A DNA stretch of 64,000 nt. Origin: an uncultured virus (IMG/VR IMGVR_UViG_3300038318_000112) (lineage: Duplodnaviria > Heunggongvirae > Uroviricota > Caudoviricetes). Positions 48,602 through 57,633 of the stretch are shown here, piece by piece. The stretch lies in IMG/VR virus record IMGVR_UViG_3300038318_000112, positions 1 through 64,000 of that record; one strand, written 5' to 3'. The notes beneath the pieces were generated by a model. It was not told where the DNA came from. It saw nothing but the letters and a program-made list of their open reading frames with translations, and did no database searches. A program made the translations under genes and the position numbers. Numbering within the stretch: position 1 is the first letter of the stretch; each line of letters begins with the position of its first letter.

Positions 48602-48638
48602 ATAGACAAGATAAAGGAAGAGATGAAAGGAGCACATC

Positions 48639-48908
48639 ATGTTAATAGTCAAGGATTGGTTCGCAGATAAAAAATGCAAAGAGAACAAAAGACATATGAA
48701 CAGCACGAACATTTTCGCGATAGTAAAGGAATCGGAAAAGGCAGCTTACGTCATGGTTGCTGACAGCAATCTCAGATCATTCTGCTTCTGGTGCCCGAAA
48801 AGCCAGATCGAGACAAGAGAAGATGTCGATACTGAGACTCTTCCAGCCGGAAAAACTTATGATGAATATAAAGCAAGATTCGACGCTGAGATGACGATGT
48901 GCAGATAA
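48639..48908 (+). CDS. Small moron protein
   Basis: AAAGGAG RBS; ESEKA...WCPKSQI motif. Confidence 0.75.
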   Translation: MLIVKDWFADKKCKENKRHMNSTNIFAIVKESEKAAYVMVADSNLRSFCFWCPKSQIETREDVDTETLPAGKTYDEYKARFDAEMTMCR

Positions 48909-48918
48909 GGAGAAAAAG

Positions 48919-49368
48919 ATGAACAGATTAAAAGAAGCGAGAAAGATCGCGGGACTGACCCAGCAGATGATGTCGGACATTCTCGGAATCCCAAAGAGGA
49001 CTATTGGTAACTGGGAGACTGGATCATCTTCACCAGTGGACTGGGCCGAGCCTATGATCTATCACACACTTATGAGACTCTCCGAAGTTATGGTCGATCA
49101 CAGATATATCGTAGTCGACGATGCCAGCGTGGATGTATGGCAAGAGTTTTACGAGACGAAAAAAGAAGCGAACGAAGCTGCATCTAATGTGTGGAATAAT
49201 CTGACCAAGAGCGAGCAGAAATATCGACACGTATATGTTACCGATATATTCGGATCAGATCTCGACCCGGACGCATTCCGAGATTTCGTAGACGATGATA
49301 TCATTGATTGGTATGGATACTCACAGAGTGGACATGATACGAAAGGATGCTTCGATTCTGATAAATAG
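48919..49368 (+). CDS. XRE-HTH protein with acidic C-terminal domain
   Basis: LKEARK.AGLTQ..MS..LGIP.RTI.NWE.G...P. Confidence 0.85.
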   Translation: MNRLKEARKIAGLTQQMMSDILGIPKRTIGNWETGSSSPVDWAEPMIYHTLMRLSEVMVDHRYIVVDDASVDVWQEFYETKKEANEAASNVWNNLTKSEQKYRHVYVTDIFGSDLDPDAFRDFVDDDIIDWYGYSQSGHDTKGCFDSDK

Positions 49369-49381
49369 CCATACCCATACA

Positions 49382-49408
49382 GGCCCGGGAGCGATTCCGG
49401 GTCTTTTT
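49382..49408 (+). terminator. Intrinsic terminator of moron
   Basis: GGCCCGGGA-GCGA-TTCCGGGTC followed by TTTTT. Confidence 0.8.
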
Positions 49409-49603
49409 CATGCCGGGGCCGATCTACTTCGCATCTACTTCGCATCCGTCCGCTACAGCGTAGTGATTGCAACGGTTACAGGGGTTGACGCTTTAATTTG
49501 CGTTCTAAGCGACTTTTTTCGCATTTAGGTATTCCAGTACCACCGTTTTACGCGATAAAATTTGCGATTGCTTTGTGATTGCGCGCAAATGGTTTTCCGC
49601 ACT

Positions 49604-49643
49604 AAAAAAGCGGCCCCGGGAGTGTGAAATTCTCTCGGGACCG
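49604..49643 (-). terminator. Intrinsic terminator of lysis operon
   Basis: Imperfect GC-rich stem followed by six T on minus strand. Confidence 0.55.
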
Positions 49644-49703
49644 TTCAGCCCGGCACTTATATTACTGCTGACCGGGTCTTACGCTATTTCTTGCGTCCGC
49701 CTC

Positions 49704-49940
49704 CTAATCTTTTAGTCCGCCTGTCGTCGGGTCTACATAGGCGCCTAGCAGAGCCATAGCGACTGTACCAAGTGCGAATGGATTCTGGATCACGCCCATA
49801 AATGCGCTTCCTAGTGCCGCCCACGATGTAAGCGTTGTTCCGTCCACTCCAAGGGCTGTGCCGATCACGCCGATAATGCCAACCCAAAGCCACGGGTTTT
49901 TCCATCTGTTTCTGCTGGATTTTGTTTTTGTTTCAGCCAT
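49704..49940 (-). CDS. Holin
   Basis: RWKNPWLW, hydrophobic segments, VDPTT.G..D. Confidence 0.85.
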   Translation of the reverse strand: MAETKTKSSRNRWKNPWLWVGIIGVIGTALGVDGTTLTSWAALGSAFMGVIQNPFALGTVAMALLGAYVDPTTGGLKD

Positions 49941-50349
49941 TCCTATCATTCCTTTCTGAAAGATCATCTATATCCTCAACCGGGATTTTTTTGATCTTTT
50001 CGTACATTAAATTAGCTTTATGATTTCCTCCTCGTTTCTGATACCTATCTGATAAATAATCAATATTAGCTCGTTCCTCAAGGCTTATCTTTCCAAGTAC
50101 CATGCTTTGCGTGCTGGCGTATCGGTAAGCCTGATAAATCCGGTCGTGTAATAATGTTAAATCATCTTCACGCAATTCATTTACTTCTTTGGTGACTATA
50201 TTCAAATTAGATGCTATTTGCTTTAAATCTTTTTCAAGTTTTACTGTTGAATTATTTTTACGATCTTTTCTTCGTATGAGAAATTCAATAAAAGTAAATA
50301 CACCCCCTGTGGCTAATACTGCACATATCATTTGTAAAATTGGATTCAT
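49933..50349 (-). CDS. Holin-adjacent membrane-anchored protein, copy 2
   Basis: FLIRRKD, LHDRIY, RY..RGGNH. Confidence 0.75.
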   Translation of the reverse strand: MNPILQMICAVLATGGVFTFIEFLIRRKDRKNNSTVKLEKDLKQIASNLNIVTKEVNELREDDLTLLHDRIYQAYRYASTQSMVLGKISLEERANIDYLSDRYQKRGGNHKANLMYEKIKKIPVEDIDDLSERNDRNG

Positions 50350-50365
50350 CCTCTTGTGCCTTTCT

Positions 50366-50476
50366 TTAAATGCTATCCTTTATTCCGTACTTATCCAGAT
50401 CCTCTTTTTTGTCGATCTCGTCGCGCATATCATCTGCGTGTGCTTTCGCGATTTTGTGTTTTGTAATCAGATTCAT
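50366..50476 (-). CDS. 36-aa lysis-module-associated peptide
   Basis: Read by hand: MNLITKHKIAKAHADDMRDEIDKKED...; homolog of 13863-13985. Confidence 0.65.
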   Translation of the reverse strand: MNLITKHKIAKAHADDMRDEIDKKEDLDKYGIKDSI

Positions 50477-50494
50477 TTTTTATGCCTTTCTGCT

Positions 50495-50662
50495 TTATGC
50501 CACGTATTTTTCTCCTGTTAACTCTTTGTACTGTGCCGCCGTTATGACACCATCCACAACATCCTGCTTCATGAGTGCCAATACACCCGGTTTATATTTA
50601 GCCGGGCAATTACTGTAAAGCTGGTCTCCAGCTTCAATTCTGTTTCTCCAAATCTTTGCCAT
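50495..50662 (-). CDS. XkdX/CD1375-like small protein
   Basis: Read by hand: MAKIWRNRIEAG...VITAAQYKELTGEKYVA. Confidence 0.7.
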   Translation of the reverse strand: MAKIWRNRIEAGDQLYSNCPAKYKPGVLALMKQDVVDGVITAAQYKELTGEKYVA

Positions 50663-50671
50663 GTCTACCCC

Positions 50672-50875
50672 CTACTTTGACAAATCGCATAGAGCATTCT
50701 CTATGTCGCTTAATTTTGATTCAACGTCTGCAGATAATTCACACGCTGCATTTTCATTTGCTGAAATGCCTGCAGTAGAATCTGAGTGTTTGCTATCATA
50801 ATAGTTTCCTGTTACCGAGAATTTTTCAAATATCTGATCTCGGTATATTTTGAACTGCTTCAATAATTCGTCCAT
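50672..50875 (-). CDS. Small tail-fibre-associated coiled-coil protein
   Basis: GAGGAGG RBS, MDELLKQF...ENALCDLSK. Confidence 0.65.
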   Translation of the reverse strand: MDELLKQFKIYRDQIFEKFSVTGNYYDSKHSDSTAGISANENAACELSADVESKLSDIENALCDLSK

Positions 50876-51279
50876 CCTTTTCCGCCTCCTCAACGGTCCT
50901 ATATTGTGCTAACTCAATTTTACTCTCATTCCGTCTGTAAGTTGGTACTGACATTTATTCTCCTTGCGCACACATTCGTGTGCGATTATTAGATTCAAGA
51001 TTATATACAGCCGAAGGGAGCGAACCCATAAGCAATGTCGGCGNNNNNNNNNNATCATAATAGTTTCCTGTTACCGAGAATTTTTCAAATATCTGATCTC
51101 GGTATATTTTGAACTGCTTCAATAATTCGTTCATCCTTTTCCGCCTCCTCAACGGTCCTATAATGTTCTGTTGTGCGTTGCTACTGACATTTATTCTCCT
51201 TACGCACACATTCGTGTGCGATTATTAGATTCAAGATTATATACAGCCGAAGGGAGCGAACCCATAAGCAATGTCGGCG
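50795..51279. repeat. Two variant copies (50795-51043 and 51054-51279) flanking a 10-N scaffold gap
   Basis: Direct repeat identical except one short block and two SNPs. Confidence 0.9.
51203..51220 (-). other. DGR-type target hairpin (second copy at 50967-50984)
   Basis: CGCACAC-GAAT-GTGTGCG perfect 7-bp stem, 16 nt after the stop of the DUF6273 gene. Confidence 0.65.
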
Positions 51280-52505
51280 CTGTCCACGTCGGCGGTGCCG
51301 CTGCCGCTCACAAGGCAGAAAATGGTGCTGTCGCCGCTCTGCGGGGACCTTTCCCACCAATATTCAGCTGTTCCGGAGGCGGAATATTTTATTATGTTCG
51401 CACCAGTTTTATAGTATGAAAACTGAGTGAGCGTACTGGCTTCATCGGAAAACGAATCTGATACACTCCCGAATACTTCTTTTTCGGCTGGCAGAGCAAA
51501 ATAATCATCTGTAGTCTGAGTGCCACTAGAAGCTCCGCCACCTACTCCTGATACATTTTGGAACTGCTTAAATATGCCCTGTAAGACGCTCGGAAAAGCA
51601 TTCTTGTAGATTCCGTTGCACCACGTACGACGTGGACAACTGCTCCATCCTCCAGTATTGGATCCGGATGAATTCATCACGCCTGATTCAAATGTACCAT
51701 TACTATATCCAAGCACATTTTTCTGTCCTACAATGAAATTGCACGTGCCCCCAGCCGTAAGAGTTTTTCCTCCGGCATTCATGAGCACGAGCACAATATT
51801 CTGTGCTGCGTGCGTTTCAGACAATCCTGATACCGTCTGAGCCATTGCAGTAAGCGCGACGGTCCTTTCATCACCAACCGTCCAATAATCAGCCAGGCTG
51901 ATTACTCCGGCATCTGCTGTTGATACCATGTCTGCTATCTCCTGGTCAGTCCCTCCGGCCCAAGTGACAGTTTTGACTGAAACTGATACGTTTGTTGTTG
52001 CTGTCTTTGTAATTCCGTTTTCTGTATACGATGCCGTTACCGGAACAGTGCCGAATGATGACAGCGTGCTACCGTCAGCCGGACTGAACGTCGGTGTTAC
52101 TGTTGCTGTCGAGCCTAAACTGTATGTTGCAGTAGCCACGCATCCGCTCATATCAAGCGCATCGCCTTTGTAGTACGAAACTTTTGTAGGAGCAGTAATA
52201 GCGAGACTTGATAGCACTTCAATTTGAATAGCCTGTACTGTAGTGTATGTCTTTCCTTCATTGATCCACGATATTGTTACAGACGTATTTGCTTCTTGAA
52301 GAGTTGATCCCTGCGCAGGACTTGATGTCCAGTCTGTGACAGTAGTTAATGTTTCGGTGTCTCCGTCGCTGAGTACGCTTTTTACCACCATCCCAGTCAG
52401 ATCAAGTGTCTCTCCTGCTTTATACAGTACTTTGGTAGGCGGAGTCGTTATACGAATTCCTACTAAGATTTCTCCACCGCCTCCACTGTTTTTTACACTA
52501 AGCAT
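51237..52505 (-). CDS. Tail fibre/RBP: two bacterial Ig-like domains plus DUF6273-type domain with DGR VR-like C-terminus
   Basis: PTK..Y..G..LD..G twice; YW.VGD; WWERSP...FC.V...G.......A....G.AP..CI. Confidence 0.85.
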   Translation of the reverse strand: MLSVKNSGGGGEILVGIRITTPPTKVLYKAGETLDLTGMVVKSVLSDGDTETLTTVTDWTSSPAQGSTLQEANTSVTISWINEGKTYTTVQAIQIEVLSSLAITAPTKVSYYKGDALDMSGCVATATYSLGSTATVTPTFSPADGSTLSSFGTVPVTASYTENGITKTATTNVSVSVKTVTWAGGTDQEIADMVSTADAGVISLADYWTVGDERTVALTAMAQTVSGLSETHAAQNIVLVLMNAGGKTLTAGGTCNFIVGQKNVLGYSNGTFESGVMNSSGSNTGGWSSCPRRTWCNGIYKNAFPSVLQGIFKQFQNVSGVGGGASSGTQTTDDYFALPAEKEVFGSVSDSFSDEASTLTQFSYYKTGANIIKYSASGTAEYWWERSPQSGDSTIFCLVSGSGTADVDSADIAYGFAPFGCI

Positions 52506-52875
52506 TCTTCGCCACCGCCTTTACTATGATAGGGATGTCGATTGACGGCACCGTGCCTTTTGCGATAGCCTTATTGGCTGTAGCAGACCCGTAAATTTTT
52601 GCATTATTCCAAGCTTTCATTTGGTCAGATGTGATACTGTCTCCGTTCGGCTGGATCTCAATGTTATAAGTCGCGACAGGGTATGTTCCCTCAAACGAAT
52701 ACTCCGATCCGGACCATCCCGATGCCGACATTGTAGCTGCCGATATAGTAGCTTTTTCTTCCTTGCCAAACAGAACTGTATCGACAGTATCGGCGTTGCC
52801 GTTAAGCACTGATATGTCAACAAAGTCGCTCTGCGCTGGTTTGGTAAGATTGTAATTTGTAGTTGTGCTGCTCAC
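52498..52875 (-). CDS. Tail fibre proximal protein
   Basis: TTNY.L.KP...D..DI..LN.N.D..D. Confidence 0.7.
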   Translation of the reverse strand: MSSTTTNYNLTKPAQSDFVDISVLNGNADTVDTVLFGKEEKATISAATMSASGWSGSEYSFEGTYPVATYNIEIQPNGDSITSDQMKAWNNAKIYGSATANKAIAKGTVPSIDIPIIVKAVAKNA

Positions 52876-52876
52876 G

Positions 52877-53422
52877 TTATATCTCCTCTCTTATTTCGTT
52901 CCATGTTTTACTAGCTAATGCGCTCCATTTTGTCGAAGCATATTTTGACCACGTGTTGTATTTGATCGTTGCGCTGATGATAATCTGCAGCGGAACAAGC
53001 TCGTTGATCAGAGCGAGCATCTCCGCATAGTTTTTCTTATTTGACAGACCTAGCCGCACTTCGATTTTTTGCAAATCTAGGTCAATATTTAAGATATAGT
53101 CTCCGTTTGGACATAGCCTCGATAGCCTGTCTCTAAGGTCATATTCAGTGTATGGGAACGTATCATACCATTGAAGCAGTATCCTGTATCTGCGCTCATC
53201 AAGCGTGTCGGTATCGAGCGGCGTGATGTCTAAGATCCCCTCTCGCCTTTTCACACCGTCAACGTCAGATGTAAGTATGAAGATATTATCTTCAAGAGAC
53301 TCTACTGCGTCTACGATCTTCTGCGTCCACTTATCCTGTATCGTCTGTAGAACTTCGAATTCAGGCATATTAAGCAGATAGTCAGGGAACTGTGTGTAAT
53401 TCTCCATTTCTGTCACTAGCAT
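52877..53422 (-). CDS. Baseplate wedge protein (XkdU/DUF2313-like)
   Basis: R.E.IL.I.P....TL.ERR.RI motif. Confidence 0.8.
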   Translation of the reverse strand: MLVTEMENYTQFPDYLLNMPEFEVLQTIQDKWTQKIVDAVESLEDNIFILTSDVDGVKRREGILDITPLDTDTLDERRYRILLQWYDTFPYTEYDLRDRLSRLCPNGDYILNIDLDLQKIEVRLGLSNKKNYAEMLALINELVPLQIIISATIKYNTWSKYASTKWSALASKTWNEIREEI

Positions 53423-54486
53423 GTTATCGTCCCCCTTACAGGCAGCTCGTTTGTCCCGAGCGTCAGATTCGCGTCAACACTGTTGAGCATGATATTTTCC
53501 ACGTCGGTTATGCCTGATATATCCAACAGACGTATTTCTATCTGAGATTTCCTTACCGTGAGAACTTCCGTAGATGCCTCCCAAGTCTGACCCAATTCGA
53601 CGAAGTACGCGTCAATTGCCGCTTCGACCTGAGACTGCACATCGGCATAGGTGATTCCAGATGCGAATGTGAGAGTAGCAGCTATATTCACAGTCTTTGC
53701 TGTGCAGCCGTATATCGTAACTCCAGACCCGATTGGAGTGAGCCCCTCGTTATCGGCAGTCGCTGTTGTTGGACCAGCCGCCTGCTGTACCGCCGCGATC
53801 ACTGCCGCCGATGGCACTTTGAAGTCGGATCCGATAATTGTTATATCGATGTGCCCGCCTCCTGCTGTTGCTCTTACTGGTTTGCATCCTCCTACACCGT
53901 CCAGAGCATCTATCTCTTCGCGCCAGTACGCTATGTTTCCCGCAAACGATTTGACCGTGTAGAACTTCATGCGGCGCTCTCTGTATATCTCTTCATCCTC
54001 AATATCTGTTCCTGCGGATATGACTGATAATATCGTGCCAGTTTCGAATCCCTCGATATAATCTATAGGCTCTATTTCTCCAATATACGAATTAGCTTCT
54101 GCCCCCGGATCCTCAGACTCAAGTGAATAGATATGCTCCGTATCGTCAAGGCACTCAATTACATAATATGTTAGATCGGTGTCCGGAGCCTCGAATCTGT
54201 CCGAGACACTTACTGCGCAGTTGAACTGTGCTCTCAGTGTTGCCGGAGTAGCGTCCACTATAGGACATCCGCACTCAGCTCCGCCAGTAATAAGATGGTC
54301 AAGATCCTGAGTGTCTACTTCCATGTTATCGTTGACGTTTGACAGTTCCGAGAAAGCTTCTTCGACCATAAGCGCCATCCTAGAAAGCGCAGTATGCATA
54401 AACGAGCCCTCAGCTGTATCGATACCAGCTGTAACGTCTGCAAGCATACTGCTTAATATATTATCGTATGTGTATTCCTCATACAT
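53416..54486 (-). CDS. Baseplate J-like protein (XkdT)
   Basis: EGSF, G.D.E..E.YR.R, GN...Y, PIG..VT. Confidence 0.88.
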   Translation of the reverse strand: MYEEYTYDNILSSMLADVTAGIDTAEGSFMHTALSRMALMVEEAFSELSNVNDNMEVDTQDLDHLITGGAECGCPIVDATPATLRAQFNCAVSVSDRFEAPDTDLTYYVIECLDDTEHIYSLESEDPGAEANSYIGEIEPIDYIEGFETGTILSVISAGTDIEDEEIYRERRMKFYTVKSFAGNIAYWREEIDALDGVGGCKPVRATAGGGHIDITIIGSDFKVPSAAVIAAVQQAAGPTTATADNEGLTPIGSGVTIYGCTAKTVNIAATLTFASGITYADVQSQVEAAIDAYFVELGQTWEASTEVLTVRKSQIEIRLLDISGITDVENIMLNSVDANLTLGTNELPVRGTITC

Positions 54487-54877
54487 TGAGCTCCTCCTCC
54501 CCGTAGTCTGTGACAAGCGTAAAGCTCGCAGATAAATTGTTACTGCTAAAATCGATTTCAAGGTTCTTAATACCGGTAACGTGTTCGTTGACTTTTAGGC
54601 AGTCTGTAATAAGTTTCTTTGCTCTTGCTTTAGTGTAGCTCTCAGAGTAATTGGTCCCTGTCAGCTGCCCAAGTTCAGATCCGTAAGACCACGTGAATAA
54701 TGGCGATCTATATCTTGGCGTGCGAAGTGCAAGCCATGCCCACACAGCCACCGCAGCTGATCCATATACCTTTTCTCCGGTAAGTTTGCCTGTGCTGAAA
54801 TCTATTCCAAATTCACAAGGCGTAGTATCTGTTACTTCGGAATCTACTACGTCATCAGTGTCTAAAAAAACCGCCAT
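54479..54877 (-). CDS. Baseplate protein (XkdS/DUF2634-like)
   Basis: W...AL.T.R.R....W.YG.EL; T.YG. Confidence 0.8.
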   Translation of the reverse strand: MAVFLDTDDVVDSEVTDTTPCEFGIDFSTGKLTGEKVYGSAAVAVWAWLALRTPRYRSPLFTWSYGSELGQLTGTNYSESYTKARAKKLITDCLKVNEHVTGIKNLEIDFSSNNLSASFTLVTDYGEEELNV

Positions 54878-54878
54878 A

Positions 54879-55205
54879 TCAAACCACCTTCCCGATCAAT
54901 ATGTAACTCGATCCTGTATCATACATGAGTACGATGTCTCCCGCTTTGAGCACGTTTACATCTTTATCGTCATCATTGTAGCTGACTGTTATCCCTGCTC
55001 CGTCAGACGATGACGCAGTGTGTTTATGTTTCCACGGACTCTTGACTACACTGAAATCTTCGTCTTTTTTCAGATCGATGCCCTTGTAATTTGCTACTTT
55101 AGCGCTCTTCATTTTTGCAAGGATAAGACCTCCGCTATTACTGGCTTTTGTGCCCTGTCTTTGCATGACCGCTATGATTCTGCTGTAGCCTGATTTTGTA
55201 CTCAT
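54879..55205 (-). CDS. Spike-like protein (XkdR/DUF2577-like)
   Basis: HKH motif and LKAGD.V..; synteny. Confidence 0.7.
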   Translation of the reverse strand: MSTKSGYSRIIAVMQRQGTKASNSGGLILAKMKSAKVANYKGIDLKKDEDFSVVKSPWKHKHTASSSDGAGITVSYNDDDKDVNVLKAGDIVLMYDTGSSYILIGKVV

Positions 55206-56965
55206 ACTATCCGCCTTCCCATGTAGAATTTGCTCCGGTAGTAAGAACTGCCCATGCTCTCCATGTGCACACCGTGACTACATCCGCAATGGATGAAGTG
55301 CTGCTTGCTTATGCAGATTCCTACGTGCGTGCACCGTCCTACTGTGTTGAACAGAATGAGATCACCAGCACGGAGGCTAGACCATTTTGACACCTTTGTG
55401 CCATGCGTGACCTGGTCATACGTTGTGCGTCCTATGTCTTTGCCTACAGCGTGTTTAAAAACGTATCTGGTAAAGCCGGAGCAGTCTGAGCGTCCGCCTG
55501 TGACGTTTGTAGCGCCCCATACGTACTTGACCTTCCCAAGCCACTTTTTAGCTTCTTTTACTACCTTAGATTGTGACGAAGAAAGGCTGCTGCCACCCGT
55601 TGTCTTATATCCTGTGCCGTCTGATATGATGATGTATCCGCTTGGATTGTTCCATGAGCGTTCCTCTGATTTCGTCATCAAAATATCAATGGTGTGGTTA
55701 TTGCCAAGCCCGCAGTCACGTACTGTCATTACCTTCTTGTCATACTTTGTTCCTGTGCCGAATATCTGCACTTTCTGACCATATTTTAAAAAGTCTGCAG
55801 CTATGGTTCTTTCGCCGTATTTAAGAGCCCGCCCGCGCTCGTCCTTTGTTCCGCCTTCACCTATAGCGTATGCAGTGAACCGGATCCCAGTACGTTTCTT
55901 GCCGTTCAGTACTCCTGTAGACACGCTGCTTGATGAAGATGATGTGCTTGAGTCGGATCCTACCTCTGGGTTCTCTGTCACGTTTTTTAGCGTGAGTTCC
56001 AGCGACATCTGATGATTCCCGTTCTGCCATGTATGGGAATCACTTTTGACCCAGAATATACCGACTAGTCCGGATGAATCGTCCTTGATATGAACGCCTG
56101 CTCCGGCTATGCATCTTTCATCGCCTATAGCATCAAGGCTCATGGTCTTTTCGAGATTTGTAAGAGCCTTTTTAGCTGCCGATCTGCCGTTGCCTTTTTC
56201 TACTGACAGAGTAGCCTGCAGCGTACCGAAAGTTTTGATCCAGTCGGACTTGCTGACGGATCCTATCTTCTTGCCTTTTTTATAGATGTCAACCTTGTTT
56301 ACCATGTCGCTTGCGTCTTCTGTGACAGTAGCTGACGTGATATTAGCATCTCCGGACAGAATAAAATTCTCTTCTACCTGTTTAGTAGATTCGTTGTAAG
56401 AACGCCCTACGAGCTGGCCTTTTTCTTTAACGCAAAATCTCTTACCGTCCATATAGGGAAAATACTGAACGCCAGTCTGGGCGCTTGCGAGCTTGTATGC
56501 CCTCATTGCTATGTTGTATACCGGAGTATCCGTCGCATATAGCTTTGGAATGCTGTATCCTGTAGATGCAAGATGACCACACGAAATACCAACACGCTTA
56601 CAGGCATCTTTCGTTATCGATGCTGCTGATTTACCCTTGTATTTTTTAGATGTGTTCGATTTGAGAATATTGTTCATATAATCTTTGACCGTATACGAAA
56701 CCGACCCTTTTTCGCCAGGGCGATCCTTTGTGATTATGCGTCCAAAGAATAGCCTCTCGTTATTGTCGTTGTATAGAGAAACGATATCTCCTGACTTTAA
56801 AAGCGGAGCTGACTGCTCCGCTTTATCAGGATTGTATATCAGAGTCAGAGTCATCGATCTAGACGCTTCTGTGTCTGCGCCGGACCATCCGATCTGTGAT
56901 ACTTGATCTACTATATCTGTGATCTTTTCCACGCTCTTATTTGTGCTGTGCCAGTATACGTGCAT
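55202..56965 (-). CDS. Baseplate hub (XkdQ-like) fused to 3D and NlpC/P60 domains
   Basis: WSG.....SR, SD.H.W.NG.H.M.L.L; TAY..IAAD...RDCG...IDI; YVWG....DCSG...HVGI...FIH. Confidence 0.88.
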   Translation of the reverse strand: MHVYWHSTNKSVEKITDIVDQVSQIGWSGADTEASRSMTLTLIYNPDKAEQSAPLLKSGDIVSLYNDNNERLFFGRIITKDRPGEKGSVSYTVKDYMNNILKSNTSKKYKGKSAASITKDACKRVGISCGHLASTGYSIPKLYATDTPVYNIAMRAYKLASAQTGVQYFPYMDGKRFCVKEKGQLVGRSYNESTKQVEENFILSGDANITSATVTEDASDMVNKVDIYKKGKKIGSVSKSDWIKTFGTLQATLSVEKGNGRSAAKKALTNLEKTMSLDAIGDERCIAGAGVHIKDDSSGLVGIFWVKSDSHTWQNGNHQMSLELTLKNVTENPEVGSDSSTSSSSSSVSTGVLNGKKRTGIRFTAYAIGEGGTKDERGRALKYGERTIAADFLKYGQKVQIFGTGTKYDKKVMTVRDCGLGNNHTIDILMTKSEERSWNNPSGYIIISDGTGYKTTGGSSLSSSQSKVVKEAKKWLGKVKYVWGATNVTGGRSDCSGFTRYVFKHAVGKDIGRTTYDQVTHGTKVSKWSSLRAGDLILFNTVGRCTHVGICISKQHFIHCGCSHGVHMESMGSSYYRSKFYMGRRIV

Positions 56966-57624
56966 TAGATCACCTGCTGAACGATTTTCAGCTTAGTACC
57001 CTTGTACAGGTACTTACCTTTCTTGCTTGTCTTTGACTTCACCTGTGGTTTGCCAGCCTTCCTAAGCGACTTCTGGTGCTTTTTAAATGCTGCCTCGATT
57101 ACTGCTTTATTCTGCTCATAGATCGTATCTCTGTACTTGGTAGCGCCGAGATACTTATAAGCTATAGCAGATAGTGTATCGCCTTTTTTGACTGTGTAAT
57201 TGGTTGTCTTCGTTTCTTTGGTTATCCGCCCAGCTGGAGCCTTATAACGCTTTAATGACAGCGTATAATTTATGTCCCCAAGAGCGTCAGATTCGCCGTA
57301 CGTGAATGTATCTATTGAAACGTTCCAGTCTATGTCTGTTGACGTTACCTGCAGTACAGGTGTTTTCCTGCCTTCCTTCCATGACCTCAGAGTCTTTACG
57401 TAGTCCCACGGATCATTGAAATTCGTGTCTGCGTAACTACGCTCACTCGATGGGAATTCAGACTTGATTTCTATAGTATCAAGATTGCTCTGCCCGAGAA
57501 GATTGACTTCTCCGACAGAGTGTACGTTGACTGTTTCGTTGTTCTGTGAACTTGAGACTTCGAAGCTTTCCGGTAATACAGGGAGCTGCATATCGTCATC
57601 ATCAACTATAAGATGTATTTCCAT
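56965..57624 (-). CDS. LysM-domain tail initiator (XkdP-like)
   Basis: LPV.P, G.V...G, GDI.Y.L.L..Y, YTVKKGDTL..IA. Confidence 0.88.
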   Translation of the reverse strand: MEIHLIVDDDDMQLPVLPESFEVSSSQNNETVNVHSVGEVNLLGQSNLDTIEIKSEFPSSERSYADTNFNDPWDYVKTLRSWKEGRKTPVLQVTSTDIDWNVSIDTFTYGESDALGDINYTLSLKRYKAPAGRITKETKTTNYTVKKGDTLSAIAYKYLGATKYRDTIYEQNKAVIEAAFKKHQKSLRKAGKPQVKSKTSKKGKYLYKGTKLKIVQQVI

Positions 57625-57633
57625 GTTTTCCTC

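Noticed and set aside
50795..51279. Direct repeat as a DGR TR/VR pair
   Set aside because: The part overlapping the VR is identical in both copies, differences are not adenine-specific, and the copies flank an N-gap. An assembly bubble explains it better.
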